In this document: positions 29,890 through 42,931 of the stretch, in pieces
How the letters are laid out: each line of letters starts with the position of its first letter
How positions within the stretch are numbered: the stretch's first letter is position 1
Assembly: GCF_009914755.1 (NCBI RefSeq)
Contig: NC_060944.1
Reading direction: 5' to 3' (one strand)
Origin: the human T2T-CHM13v2.0 reference genome, Homo sapiens
DNA: 64,000 nucleotides
Notes under the pieces: generated by a model
The model's database searches: none
Told to the model about the DNA's origin: nothing
Seen by the model: only the letters and a program-made list of their open reading frames with translations
Position numbers and translations under genes: made by a program

Positions 29890-30489
29890 GTAGAAGACCC
29901 TCACCCAGCCCAAGCCCACACCTGACCGCCAAGCCCACCCCCCACCACCCTCCACTCATCCAGCTCTACTCTTGCTCCAGGGCTTGAAATGCCTGGAACC
30001 TAAATTCCTAACTGCCCACCTCCCATGCCCCTAGATGTGCCAGCCACTTACTAACATTTTAATGGCAGTGGCTGGGTGACCACACCACCCACCAGGTGCC
30101 AAGGACTGTGCTAGCCGTTTCATTTATTTCACTGATAGCAAACACAGTTAATGAGTACCTACTATGAACTAAGCCTCTATGTGCTTGGTGATTTTCTTTA
30201 TTTTGCTACAGTTACAACATTCCAACTGCATGCCAGGGGTGGTGCTTATAGATTTCCCTCATTCTTAGCCTAGTAGGAGCTACCAGTCCTTGAGCACCTA
30301 CTGTGTGCTGGGCGTTGTGCTTAGTAATTTCATTCATATGCAAAGAGCACCCTCAATGTCTGAGCACCTGATGCCTGCCTAGCTCTGTCCTGGTGATGAC
30401 CTCACCGTGGTGGGGGAGCTACGTTATGGAGCCCTCCCTGTGATCTGTCTGTGCCACAAGGTCAGAGCTTCTGCCCTGTGCTGTTTCAG

Positions 30490-30822
30490 TTCCACCCACC
30501 TTGGAGGTTACTCAACAGCCCGTGAGGGCAGAGAACCAGGTGAATGTCACCTGCCAGGTGAGGAAGTTCTACCCCCAGAGACTACAGCTGACCTGGTTGG
30601 AGAATGGAAACGTGTCCCGGACAGAAACGGCCTCAACCGTTACAGAGAACAAGGATGGTACCTACAACTGGATGAGCTGGCTCCTGGTGAATGTATCTGC
30701 CCACAGGGATGATGTGAAGCTCACCTGCCAGGTGGAGCATGACGGGCAGCCAGCGGTCAGCAAAAGCCATGACCTGAAGGTCTCAGCCCACCCGAAGGAG
30801 CAGGGCTCAAATACCGCCGCTG
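30490..30822 (+). CDS. SIRPA: SIRPA coding exon 4: IgC1 domain D3
   Basis: Acceptor ctgtttcag|TT; PPTLEVTQQPVRAENQVNVTCQVRKFYPQ...LTCQVEHDGQ...SNTAA; donor G|GTGAGG; 333 nt, phase 1-1. Confidence 0.97.
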
Positions 30823-31673
30823 GTGAGGCCTCTATTTCAGCTGACCCAGCTTTTTTAAACTTTTAGTTTTGTGGGTTTTTTAAATGTTAAAAGTAGTAAT
30901 TCATGCTTATTATAGAACAATCTAGAAGTCTATAAATATAAAGTAGAATTTTAATGTCAGCTCCATTTCCCCAAATCCCACACTCCAAGAGTCACCACTG
31001 GTAAGAGTTTGATGCACATCTTGATAGATCTTTTGACATAGATTTATATCACAGGAGGAAAGAGGGAGAGAGGGGGCCCATCTGTTCATGGTGTCCTGCC
31101 TCTTGCCTTCTTCACCTGACAGTTGTCATGCTCCCCATTCCTCACTGGCCCAGCCCCTCTTCCCTACTCTTTCTAGCCCCTGCCTCATCTCCCTGGCTGC
31201 CATTGGGAGCCTGCCCCACTGGAAGCCAGGGTGGAGTCATTCAGGGTGTTTGCAGCTTGTCTCACATACAGTCAGTGCTTCAGTGAACATCCTTGTGCAT
31301 GTTCCATCCCACATGTGACTATTTCTGTGTGATTGCCCAAGGAACACTTTAGGCCAAAATGCATACTCATGTAAGGAGGAGATAATGCTGTCGCTCCCCT
31401 GAGAGAGTGTGAGGGTGTCAAGGTATCATTTTCTCAGCCCTTGCAACGTGGTGTTGGTGTACATCTCTTTTGTTTTCAAATGGTGGCACCTGATTGGCAT
31501 TTCAGTGCAGCCATGGAATATTTCATCACCTGTTATCAATGTGGCTGATGCCCTGTACATAGTAGAACCCTTGAATGGATTAGAATGGAAGCCATTTCTG
31601 TCCTTCATGCACCCTTCAGGGAAGCTCTCAAAGACAGCCTTGGGGCTGTGTCAAAGTGGCCCTTTGGTTTCAC

Positions 31674-31895
31674 CAATGCCAGGTTTTCTTAGGATGTGTA
31701 GGGCATCGGCCAATGCTGGGTTTTCATAGTACGTGTGGAGCATTGGCCAATGCCGGGTTTTCCTAGGACGTGTAGGGCATCGGCCAATGCCAGGTTTTCA
31801 TGGGATGTGTAGGGCATTGGGCAATGCTAGGTTTTCATGGGATGTGTAGGGCATTGGGCAATGCCAGGTTTTCATGGGATGTGTAGGGCATTGGG
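31674..31895. repeat. 37-bp minisatellite x 6
   Basis: caatg recurs at 31674, 31711, 31748, 31785, 31822 and 31859; unit caatgccaggttttcatgggatgtgtagggcattggg. Confidence 0.95.
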
Positions 31896-32145
31896 AGACA
31901 GGATGTGTGGCTTTCCACGCCAGCTATGTTGCATACTTGGCTGTGTGACCTTGGACAAGTCAGTGCCTCTCTCTGGGCCTCCACTTGCTTCTGGCTGTGT
32001 TGAAGGGGATGAGCTTCATGACCCCTCAGCTCTGAGTCTCAGCTGGTAGGGGCCATGATTATCTTGCTCAGCATTGTAGCTTCAGGGCCTGACCACAGTA
32101 AGCACTCAGTAAATGCTTTTTGAGTGAAAGAGGATAAAAGAGTCA

Positions 32146-32200
32146 GTTGGTTGGCTGGTTGGTTGGTTGGTTGGTTGGTTGGTTGGTTGGTTGGTTGGTT
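32146..32200. repeat. (GGTT)n microsatellite
   Basis: About 13 units with one interruption. Confidence 0.95.
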
Positions 32201-32940
32201 ACATAATCCTTAGTTAGCCAATGAGGTAGAGATGACTGTTGGCCCCAGTAACAGAAGAAGCAGCCAGGGTTTGGAGGGAGGCTTAACTGACTTGTCCAGG
32301 GTCACACAGCTACTTAGTAGCATAGATTTGAAAGCACTTTTCTGTGGCTTAGAGCCCTGCTTCTGATGAACCACTGTGTTCTAGTCTATGACCCCCTTAC
32401 CTGTGCTGTGGGCAGTCAAGCCTCCATTGTATTTTCAAGAGTCCTGGTTCAGAGCCCCTATGCTAACTCCTGAGCCCAGTGTGCATGGCCCAGGTGCTGG
32501 GCACAGACCGGTCGTCAGCCCCTGAGCTGTGCAGAGCCTGCTGGCCGCACTGCCCTTCTTCCAGCTGCTGATTCAGTTTCCAGTGGATCTGGGGTGCCCT
32601 CATGACCGCTCTGTGGTTCACTCCAGATGAGAAGGAACGTTTCTGTTCCTCAGGAGTGAGATTTCTGCCTGTATCCTGCAGCAGGGGTTCCTCCGTAGCT
32701 GTCAGCTACAAATATATTCCCCCCTGGCACCTCAGCATGGTTTTTGTGCTGTTCATGGATGAGTCTCGTGGGCAAGTGTGTACAGACCCATGAGTGTGCC
32801 CATGTGGCTCGAGACATCTAAGAAGGTCCAGCCAGATGTTCTCAGTTAATGATGCCTGCTTAGTGGTGAAAAGCAGTGGTGGGTTTGGTTTTCTGTTTTT
32901 AATCTGCATACGTGAAGCCTCTATTCCATGTGGTCCCTAG

Positions 32941-33054
32941 AGAACACTGGATCTAATGAACGGAACATCTATATTGTGGTGGGTGTGGTGTGCACCTTGC
33001 TGGTGGCCCTACTGATGGCGGCCCTCTACCTCGTCCGAATCAGACAGAAGAAAG
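32941..33054 (+). CDS. SIRPA: SIRPA coding exon 5: transmembrane helix
   Basis: Acceptor ccctag|AG; ENTGSNERNIYIVVGVVCTLLVALLMAALYLVRIRQKK; donor G|GTGGGT; 114 nt, phase 1-1. There is no charged residue in the TM segment (inhibitory type). Confidence 0.97.
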
Positions 33055-36051
33055 GTGGGTGCATTCCCCTCTTCCTCCCTAAGGGTTTGTCCCTGGACTG
33101 TCCTCGGAGGGAGACGCCATTAGGTGCTTTGGGTTAAGGACATCAGCTTCTGCCAGTAGCAAGAAGTCCAGAGGTAGTGGTGCTAGGGCTGGGGCAGTGG
33201 CCTCACCATGTTAGAGTCTGGGTGGGTCACTCTGTGGCTTCCCCCTCATGGTTACAAGATGTTCATCACTGCCCCAGGCCCCGTGTCCTCAAGGGGCCAC
33301 TACTGAGCAAGGGAGCTGCCAGCCTGGGAAGAGAGGAGGCAGGGACTCTTCTTACCTGTCTCAGGGAGGACATCGTCTTTCCCAGGAGCCTCCCGGCAGA
33401 CTTCTGCTTTCCTGGTACAAGTCTAGGTTACATGACCAGTCCCTGGACAGGAGGCCAGAGGGAATGGAGATAATAGCGCCACCATTTGATTGGGAGGACT
33501 TAACAAGTGATTGCATGGGAAATGTTAGGGAAGTAACCTGGCACACAAGTGCTCAATGTATGTCAGCCCTGATTATTACCCGTATTGTATGTGAGCCCAG
33601 AAATATGAGCCACCTCCCTAGAAAGCCCCCTCACAGGGCAAGGTGCATAGCCTTTGACTGCACAGCAGGAGGGCACAGGGTCAAACCCAGGACACCGCTT
33701 CCCCTTGTTTGTGTGCACGTGTTACGTGTGTGTCTGTGTGTGTGTGCTGGTTGTTGGGAGGGTTGGTTGTTGCTGTGGCAGGGCCTCTGACTTTGAAGTC
33801 AGACAAACCAGGGTTCCAGACCCTGGTTATATACTGTAAACAATCAATTTGGCCTCTACAAGCCTCAGTTTCCCCATCTGTAAAATGGGTTTAGCAACGC
33901 CTGTCTTGGAGAAGTTACAAGATCCAAATAAGCCCATGTGAAATAACGGGTCTGACACATTCTAGGATCGCCATAAATACATGTTCTCTTTCCCACTCTT
34001 GGAGAAGACAATTTTAAGCTGGTATTTCTGCAACCTTTTTTTATTACAAGAGATAGAAATACATTTCACATCTCAACCCAACACATACACACACCCTTTG
34101 TATATAAAATTAAAACTGATATTTTCTTTTTTGTCATATTCTTTTTTCTGTTTAAAATGCTGGTTGTGACCCACCGCCTCCAAAGGGACAAGTGCTGTCC
34201 CGAGCTGCCTTTCTGTGGCCTGGCACAGCTGAGCTTGGTTGGGCACATTGTACACTAATCACGCATCCCTTCAGTAGCTCCTTCACCTCTGCCTCCCAAG
34301 TTTCCCTCCCTCCTGGGCTGGCTCTGAGATACTGGCCAAGCCTGATGCTTCTGTCTGGGAGGGTTGGAGTCAGGCCCTGCTTCTCCAGAATCTGCAAGAC
34401 GTCCCACCAAGACGTCTACCCAATGGGTTCCCTAAAGTTCCTGGAGAGCCCCACACAGGGAGGACTCCTCCTTGGATGGGGAAGCAGGTCCCTTCCCCAC
34501 CAAGGGTGACAGCCCATCCCATGGGATGAAGCATTCATAGCAGCCGATAGTGAAATCCTGGCCATCCTTTCTGAGTCTCAGGCCCAGGCAGCACGCCAGC
34601 TCCTGGCACACGTGAGCTCATTACTGTGGGCTTAGGTGTTGCAGAGGAATGGAGTTTGCAGGGCTGCAGCTCTGGTAAAGGCCACCCAGCCCGAGTGGCA
34701 GGTCTGTGTGCAGAGCCTAGCTCTCAAACACAGGCTCCAGTGACAGGGACGGCTAGTATCCCCCAGCAGTTCCAATGTGCCAGGCACTGCTCACTGTGCT
34801 TTCCCTGTAGTAACAGTCAGTGCTCACCACAGACCTCATGGGTGACATTACTAACCCCACTTTACAGATGAGGAAACTGAGGCATGGGAAAGTTATAAAA
34901 CTTGTTCAGGGCCTCACAGCCAGGAGGTGGTGGGGCCAGAATTTAAACCCAAGGACCATGTCTAGGACCACCTTGCACACTACCTCCCTCCGCCATAACT
35001 AGACCCCCCTTCTCCCTCATTAGGCCCTGGAGGGGTCTGCCCAGCCTCTCAATGCTCACAGTGAAATGTCCTGATTTCAACTCAACCACTACCCAGCTGT
35101 GTGACCCTGAGGAGTCACCTAGTCTCTCTGGTGTAAAAGGGGGTGACTGGTGTCCTATCACTGGATTCCCAGAGATGACTTGTGTCCAGCACTTTGCAAC
35201 CTGTCAGCCTCCACTCAGACTTTCGGTGCTGAGCACAGCTTCCAACTGGTACACCTCATCTAAAGATCCAGGACCTGCCCAGGCAGCAAGCGTTAACCCA
35301 GCAGCAAGAATTCTTGCACTGTGGCAGCCTCCAGCCTATTAAAGTGCGGTGCAGAGTGCATTTGGGTGTGCATGTTGCTTTTTAATTACAATTTTACAGC
35401 AAAATGGGAGTCAAACGGCTGCTGAACCCTGGAGGCTTCTCTGTGGGTTACCCCATATCACAGGTTTAAAACCTCTGAACCAGATGGACACTTTCTTTCC
35501 TTCCAAGATCCTTTTTTTGGAAAGTGGTGGCATGTAAATAAATGGATGCTCAGCCCAACCCTGCAAGTTATAGAAGCTGAGAGAGAGGAAGTGACCCACC
35601 CGGGGTCACATGGTGAGTGAGTGGGTAGCAGACCCGGGGTTCACACATGATCCCCGATTTGCAGCCCTGCTAGAATCTGTTTTCAAGCCACGAAGGGCAC
35701 TGATTGGGACCTAGGCTTGTTGGAGGGTCTCCGCTGAGGTTTGTGGTTGAATGGAGGTGAGACCCAGACAGAGGTAGGGCGGTTGTCGCCTCCCAGGCTG
35801 AAGGCTGCTTTTGGACCCCTGGCAACTTCCAGAAGTGGAAAAGCAGGACCATCTAGCTTACTCCTTCCCAGGCTTCCTTGGTGGAAGAGGATGCCCACTG
35901 GGTGGGCATGGGGGTCTCCTGTGGTTCCAAGGATGTGATTACAGCATTTCCTCTCCATGTCCCTGGAGGCAAACCTTTTGCCAAAAAATAGTTACATAAG
36001 AAAAGTGTGCTTCTAGTTAAACAACTGGCTTTTGTTTCTTTTGTCTTTCAG

Positions 36052-36076
36052 CCCAGGGCTCCACTTCTTCTACAAG
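36052..36076 (+). CDS. SIRPA: SIRPA coding exon 6 (25-nt micro-exon, AQGSTSSTR)
   Basis: Long pyrimidine tract plus ttcag| acceptor; donor AAG|GTAAGT; it keeps the frame between exons 5 and 7. Confidence 0.93.
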
Positions 36077-38743
36077 GTAAGTGCATCATTGGTCCAGACC
36101 CTCTTGCAGTTATTATTTGGTTATTTGACAGCCCCCCAGACTACAAAGCATAATCCATGTCCACTGACCTCACCAATGTGTTGGTCAACATGTCTCTTTC
36201 TCTCCTTTGTAACCTCCTCACACTGGGTCACGCTGTTTTTAATTATTGTCCCAAATGAGGGGTTTTTTTGGTGCACAGAGGTGCTAATTTCTTGCCTGCT
36301 CTTCCCAGACAACGAGACCCTTGTCTAATCCCATGTGGACTGGGGCAGAGACCTCCCGGGCTTTCTGTCCTCACAGACATCCTGCACACGCCACCGGATG
36401 CATCCTCCCAGATCCAAGTTGTATACTTTACTCTTTCCTTTGTTTAGTAAATATTTATTGAGTACCTTGGCGTGCTGTGACCCTGGAATGCCGGGATGAG
36501 TAGGATAGAATCTGTGCCCTCTGCAAGCTCACAGCCTGGTCAGAGGCTCAGACGGTGACATTACATCACTGATGTACGTCACCGATGGCACTTTAGTTTG
36601 TTGATTCACATTTTTAGTGACTTGAGTCCCTACTATGTGCCAGCCCTGCTCAGGACCAGCTGGTGATATAGCAGTAAACAAGAATCAGCCCAGGCTTTCA
36701 TGGGGCTCAGACGCCGGTGAGAGAAACAGGCATAAACGCAGAAATAAAGTGATTCATGGTGTCATATCAGGTGGTGACAACTCCTACCCTGCAAGGAGAT
36801 GGAGGTGAATGGTGGGGGGCTGTCTTAGGCAGAGGAAGGGACTGCCTCTGAAAAGGGGATGCAAACGGGTGCCTGAAACTAGTGAGCTATGTTGGACAGG
36901 AGCATGCTGGGCCAGAGAGGAGGCCTGTGTGCTGGGCCAGAGGGAAGGAGAGGAAGAAGATAAGGTCAGGAAGACACAGGTCCTCGGCATCCCGGTGTCC
37001 TTTGCAGATGCCCCTGCAGTCAGAGGTGTTACGAACTATTCTGTGAAAAGCCTTTATCGGCTTTTTGGAAGGCCTCTGATCTTCATCCCCAGCAGAGCAG
37101 AGGCAGCACACCATCATCTGCCATGTGAACCCATCTGCATAGAACCATGTGGACATCCGTGCTAAGAGTGATAAATAAAACTATAAATAGCTTCATGTTG
37201 GTTCACACCAGGTTTTGCCAGCAACTGCATAGTGCCAATCTTTTGATGGTTTAGAGCTTTCTGGGTTTCAGAATTACAGAATAGGACATGATGATCTGGA
37301 GTGGGGCCTGTGGGTGTTAGAAGGACTCGGGATTTTATCCGCAGTGGGATGAGGAACCAAAAGATGGACATGATCTGACTTTTGTTTTAAAAGTGTCGCC
37401 TGGCTACATGTGGAGCCCAGACTACAGGAGGTGAGGATGTGTAGGTGACCATAGCGGTACTGGTCCAAGCAGAAAAAGATGGTGACCTGGACCAAAGTGG
37501 TGGGATGGGCTGAGAAGTGCTCAGATTCTGGATATATTTTGAAGGTAGACACAAGAGGACTTGCTGATAGATTGGCTGTAGGGTTAAGGACCACCTCAAG
37601 GTTGGGGGCAGTGGAGTGCTGTATCCTGAGTTGGGGGGTGCAGGTGATGGGTGGAGTGATGGGGCAAATATCAGGCAAAGCAGTTGCATATAGCAGGAGC
37701 AGCTCTTCTGCCAGAGAAGGCTCTGGGAAGCATCAGGTGCCCCGCTCCTGCCCAGCAGTGTGAGTCCAAGGTACTCTTGGGATAAAGCCTTGCTTCTTGC
37801 TCTGATCTCCACAGGGGGCCTCCTGGTCTGAGCCCTGCCCAGCCTCCTGGCCTTTTCCTCCCCTGAACAAGCAGAGCCGCCTCTCCAGCAAAACTAGGCT
37901 CTTCACTGCCTTCTGGGCACATGTGTTTTCCTTTTGTCATGCTTGTGCCTGTCACACTCCCACACCTAGGTCACTCTTCCAAGGGCAAGACTCGTTTATA
38001 TCCTTTGCCAAAAAACCTTCAGTGGCTCTACCTGTCCCTCCAGATAAAGTCCAGATGCCCCCCTGAGGCTCCTGGGCCCCTTGTGGTCCAGTTGCCTTGA
38101 ACAGTTTCACTTCTAGCCACCCCCTGTCCTCACATTTCACGGCTCAACCACACTGTGCTCCCCCCTTCCCTCCTCCCACAGGCTGCCCTCCTCCCCCTTG
38201 CACACTGCCCTCACTGCTGGGGTGTGCTCCCTGCCCCTGCTCATGCACTACCCAGGGTCCCCCAGCTCCAGGGGTGGCAGGCACAGTGGGCTCTGTGAAT
38301 GGCACCCCCTGGAGTTATGCAATGTGGTAGCTAGAGTGGGACCCCTCCTGTCACCTGCTCACCTCCTGCTTCTCCTGAGATCAGCAAGGGCACGACATCC
38401 TCCAGGGTCGGGGGGCTTCCTGTGAACCCTCCTGGTGCCGCAGCGTGGACACCCTGGTGTGTTCAAGGTGTCTCTGCACCTGTCCCATTTCATAACCCAC
38501 CCCTCAAGGCCAGGGCCAATGTCCCTGAGGTTCACTGCAAATAGCTGCTAAACTTGGCACCATGCCTGGAATGGGATAGGTGCTTAGTAAAGGTTTACTG
38601 ACTGAACAAGTGAACAAACGAATGAATGAATGGATCAGTGCATACCATCCTAAACCACTGTAGCACGTCCCACTCTGCCTTCTCTGAATCCCTAAAATGC
38701 TGCTTCCCAGTGGCTACACAGCCCCATCTAGGAGGATCTCTCT

Positions 38744-39066
38744 TTTTTGTTTTTGTTGTTGTTATTTTTTTATTTTTTATTTTTGAGACGGAGTTTTGCT
38801 CTTGTTGCCCATGCTGGAGTGCAGTGGTGCGATCTTGGCTCACCACAACCTCCGCTTCCTAGGTTCAGATGATTCTCCTGCCTCAGCCTCCTGAGTAGCT
38901 GGGATTACAGGCATGCGCCACCACCCCCGGCTAATTTTGTATTTTTAGTAGAGATGGGGTTTCTCCTTGTTGGTCAGGCTGGTCTTGAACTCCCGACCTC
39001 AGGTAATCCACCTGCCTCGGCCTCCCAAAGTGCTGGAATTACAGGCGTAAGCCACTGCGCCCGGCC
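38744..39066 (-). mobile_element. Alu (AluS-like)
   Basis: Reverse-complement full Alu with a T-rich tail. Confidence 0.95.
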
Positions 39067-39285
39067 CTGTTGTCATTATTTTTTACTTGTCTTACCTCCC
39101 CGATTAGACAATGAGTTTCTGGAAGAATAGGACATTGTCGATAATAGTAACAGCAATAGCAGCTACCATTTATTGAGCACTTACTGTGCTCCTGGCACTA
39201 TCTATGCCTTTATGTGTATTAACCCACTTGTGATTTTAATTCTTGCAGGAACCCTATGATTTATCACTGTCCCAAGTTCATAGAA

Positions 39286-39449
39286 CAGTGTTTTTCAAAC
39301 TTGAGTGTGCTACAGAATCCCCAAAGGACTTGTTAAAACACAGATTACTGGGCCCCACCCCCAAAGTCCCTGATTGAGAATCTCTATTTCCACAAGTTCT
39401 CAGGTGGTGCTGATGCTGTTGTTCCCCAGCCACACTTTGGGAACCCCTG
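39286..39449. mobile_element. MER5A-like hAT DNA transposon
   Basis: Inverted ends cagtgtttttcaaact ... actttgggaacccctg; internal cttgttaaaacacagatt and gggccccaccccca; flanks tcatagaa / ttctagaa resemble an 8-bp TSD. Confidence 0.75.
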
Positions 39450-40231
39450 TTCTAGAAGGTTCTTATTCCCTATCCTATGGTTGAGGAAATTGAGGCTCAG
39501 AGAAGTCGTGACATTCCCGAGGTCCTGCGGCTAGGAAGCACCGGAATGATGACTTCAGCCTCGACATCTCTTGTACTAAAGCTAGTGCCTTCATCACTGT
39601 TCCCATGCTTCTTGCTGTCTATTTCTTCTTCCCCAGAGAAACCAACCGTTTTCTGCCTGTTTTTTATTTTTCCAGCGTGAGCCTACCAAGGGAGCCATGA
39701 GATCACTTGCTCCCTTTCATCTCTCTAAACCAAAGCAATAGCTAGTGAGTGCTAATGGTGGTTTCCCATGTAGCAGCCAGCTTCGGCTTTGGCTTGCTGG
39801 GATCAGACATTTTCCAGAGGACGTTGGTGTGAGTAACAGCTGAGCACCTCAGGGAGGCTGCAAGCGGGGAGGCTGCCACTTTGAGCTCAAGGGGTTCTTC
39901 AGGTTGCAGGGCTGGTGGAGGGATTGGCTCTCTCTAACTCCCTGGGTTAGGAATGTACAGACAGAATATTGTCTGTAATCTTCCCCAGCTCAGATGAGAG
40001 AAAAATGTGTCTCTGCTCCCTTAATGGGGCACTGATCATTCGATCAGCCATTTATTCACTTGTCAGACATTCACTGCATTTATTCTTGGAATATTTAGGG
40101 CTTCCCTGAGTCTTTCATTTATTCGTCGGGACTGAGCCTAACTCAGTGCCAAGCCTTGAGCAGAGGGTTGCAAAGGGGAGCAGAAAAGGCCCACCCCTGG
40201 TCTCATGGCACTTAAGAGCCAGTGAGAAAGA

Positions 40232-41130
40232 TTCATTCATTCATTCATTCATTCATTCATTCAGCAAATACATATGGACTGCTGACGATGTGCCAGCCCA
40301 GTTCTTGGTGCTGGGGCTTCAGCAGTGAATGAGACTGGCCCAGTTCCTCCCTGTGTGAAGCTCAGTGTCCGCTGAGGAGACAGGTTACCAGACAAGCTGG
40401 AAAGTTAATAAGGGATGTGGTGCAGCTGCTGACTAGATAAAATGAAGCCAGGTATGGGATAGAGCAGATCAAGGAGGTGGGGTCTGGGGCGAGCAGGGAG
40501 GGCTTGTCTGCAAGGTGACATTTAGAAGATCACTGAAGGATGAGGAGGTTCCAGCCAAGGGAATATCTGGGACAAGACTGCACCAATCAAAGGGAACAGC
40601 CAGTGCCAAGACCCTGAGACGGGAGCAGTCAGATGCATGCACAGAACGCAGAGGAGGCCAGAGGAGCTGGAGCAGAGCAGAGGCAGGAGAGGGATGGAGC
40701 CTAGAGCAGTTGGCCGAGCTGAGCCTTGGAGCTGGTGTCACTTGACCACCTTGGAGTGGTTATAGAGGGGTTGAGCATTCTGAGCAGAAAAGTAACATGA
40801 CATCACTTATGCATTTCAGATAGGGAGAATGGAGGGCAGGGAAGCAGGAATAGAGGTGGGGAGATCAAGGAGGAGGTTCTTCAGGAATCAGGGGAGTTCG
40901 GATGGTGGAGAGGATGGGGTGGCTGGCTTTGATGGATATTTTGGAGGTGGAGCCGACGAGCCCTAGGTTGGATTAGATGAGAGCTGTAAAGGAAGAGAGA
41001 GAAGAATCAGGACTGACTCCCACTTCTCCAGCCTGAGCACAGGATGACCGATGGTAGAGCTATTCACTGAAATAGGAAAATCCAGGGGAGACACAGATAT
41101 GGGGAAAATGATAATTGGTTATTGTCTGAA
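40232..41130. mobile_element. L2 fragment starting with (TTCA)n (boundaries approximate)
   Basis: (ttca)n followed by cagcaaatac...tgtgccag and a purine-rich L2-like body. Confidence 0.55.
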
Positions 41131-42891
41131 ATTGCTTTGAAAGAGAAGAACCCAATGTTTTGAGAATGGAGTTTGGGGGTTCAGTGAATATTTCCCCAAG
41201 AAAAGGCTGTTTAAAAATAGCATCTGAAGGAAGAAAAGGATTAAAGCAGATTAAGAGGCAGCAGCATGGAGCATGCAAAGGCCCTGGGGCAGCCTGACTG
41301 GCATTCATTCCAAGTCACTGTTTTTGAGCACATGTGGTGAGGAAGCATGGCAGGCAGGCAGGCAGACAGCAATAGAAACCAGATATGCAGATAGACAGGA
41401 GATCTGAGATTGTCATGGAGGGGCAGCCCAGCCAGCGCAGCACTGTCAGCAGAGCCATCACAAGGTGACACCATAGTTGAGTCTTGAAGGAAACAGGAAA
41501 GTTAGCCAAGAGGAAAAATGATCAAAGGGGTCCTTCGAGGCTGCTATTGAAGCATGAAGTACATAACATCAAATGCCACCCCCCCCCCGAAATATCTGGT
41601 GGGCAGATGAGTGGGTACATGAGGGCAGGGCAGTGAATTAGCCTGGAGGCAGCACGTCAGACCACGTGGGACTCTGAGCAGGGCGATGAGTTGGACTTGA
41701 ACCAGCCAGCCAGTGGGAAGCTCCAGGAGGGCTGGAGGCCAGTAGTGTGGGGACAGATCTGCGTGATCTTCCCCAGCAGACGTGCCCCTGCTCCTGGAGG
41801 GTTCTTTCTGTGGCCACGTGGGGCTTGTCATGTCTCAGAACTGCTTTCAGAGCCAAGCACTCATGCCAAATCCATTAATAACCCTGCTGCCAAGCCCCAC
41901 TGCTCATTTCTGACATTATCCATGCTAACATCCCCGGGGTTGCCGGCTTGAGAATTTACACAACTTCTGCCAAGCCAGTGGCTCTGGTTTGCTCATCACC
42001 TTGACCGTGACCCTCCAGTGAGTCAAGTCATGACCTCCAATTACAGAAGCAAGTGCACGAACAACTTCTTTGATTAACTTGGACATCTTGGTCTTTTTCT
42101 TTTCTTTCTTTAATGATGATACATAGATGTTTATAATACAGAACATTTGGAGAATATGGGAAACTAAAAAGGAGAAAAAAAATACCATGCAAAGACCACT
42201 GCAGTTTGCATTTTGCTATGTTTCCTTCCAGTGTTATCCACACATTTTTCATAATTGAGATAATCCTACAGAGAATTTTCCTTTTTCACTTATCATTTTA
42301 ATGTAAGCAATTTTAACTTAAAAAAAAAACCTCCTCATAAACCTTTTAAATCTTTATCTGTGGATTTATCCTAATTTCCCTAACCAGTCCCAATTGGCAG
42401 AGCCCTAAGACATAAACCTCCTCCCCCATCCAGCCCTTGACAAATGCCTTTGTGTTGAAAGCTTTTTCTATATTTTGAATTCCCCCAAAAAAAAGTGCAA
42501 TTATGAGTCAAAGGATGAGGACATCTTCCAAGCTCTTGATTTTGCCAGCTGCTTCCCAAAAGGATTGTACTGGTTTGCCTCTCCCACCAGTGACGTATGA
42601 AAGCTCCAGTTCATTTCACCATAGCTTCCCCAGCACCAAGTATTATAATTTTTAAAGATCCTTGCCAATAGAGTAGGTTAAAAAAATGATAGTGCATTGC
42701 TTAGAATTCCTTTTTAGTGAGATTGACCCCTTTGTCCAAACATTTGATATGCAGTTGTATTTCTGTTATGAGTCCTTCGTTCATGTCCTCAACCCATATA
42801 GAAAATGGAGCCTAAATGTTATTCTTATCAGTTTGCATGAGCACTTGAGATAGTGAGGGTATTTTTATCTGTGTGTCTCTTTCCTTTTTAG

Positions 42892-42931
42892 GTTGCATGA
42901 GCCCGAGAAGAATGCCAGAGAAATAACACAG
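42892..42931 (+). CDS. SIRPA: SIRPA coding exon 7 (40 nt, LHEPEKNAREITQ); alternative donor at 42943 adds VQSL
   Basis: Acceptor ttcctttttag|G; donors CAG|GTACAG (42931) and TTG|GTGAGA (42943). Confidence 0.93.

Noticed and set aside
31674-31895. CRISPR-like 37-bp periodicity with palindromic junctions
   Set aside because: Head-to-tail units with no unique spacers, no cas genes, and a human intron context; it is a minisatellite.
36052-36056. Second AG (cccag) 5 nt inside exon 6 as an alternative acceptor
   Set aside because: The first AG follows a strong pyrimidine tract and restores the known frame; there is no evidence for use of the second.
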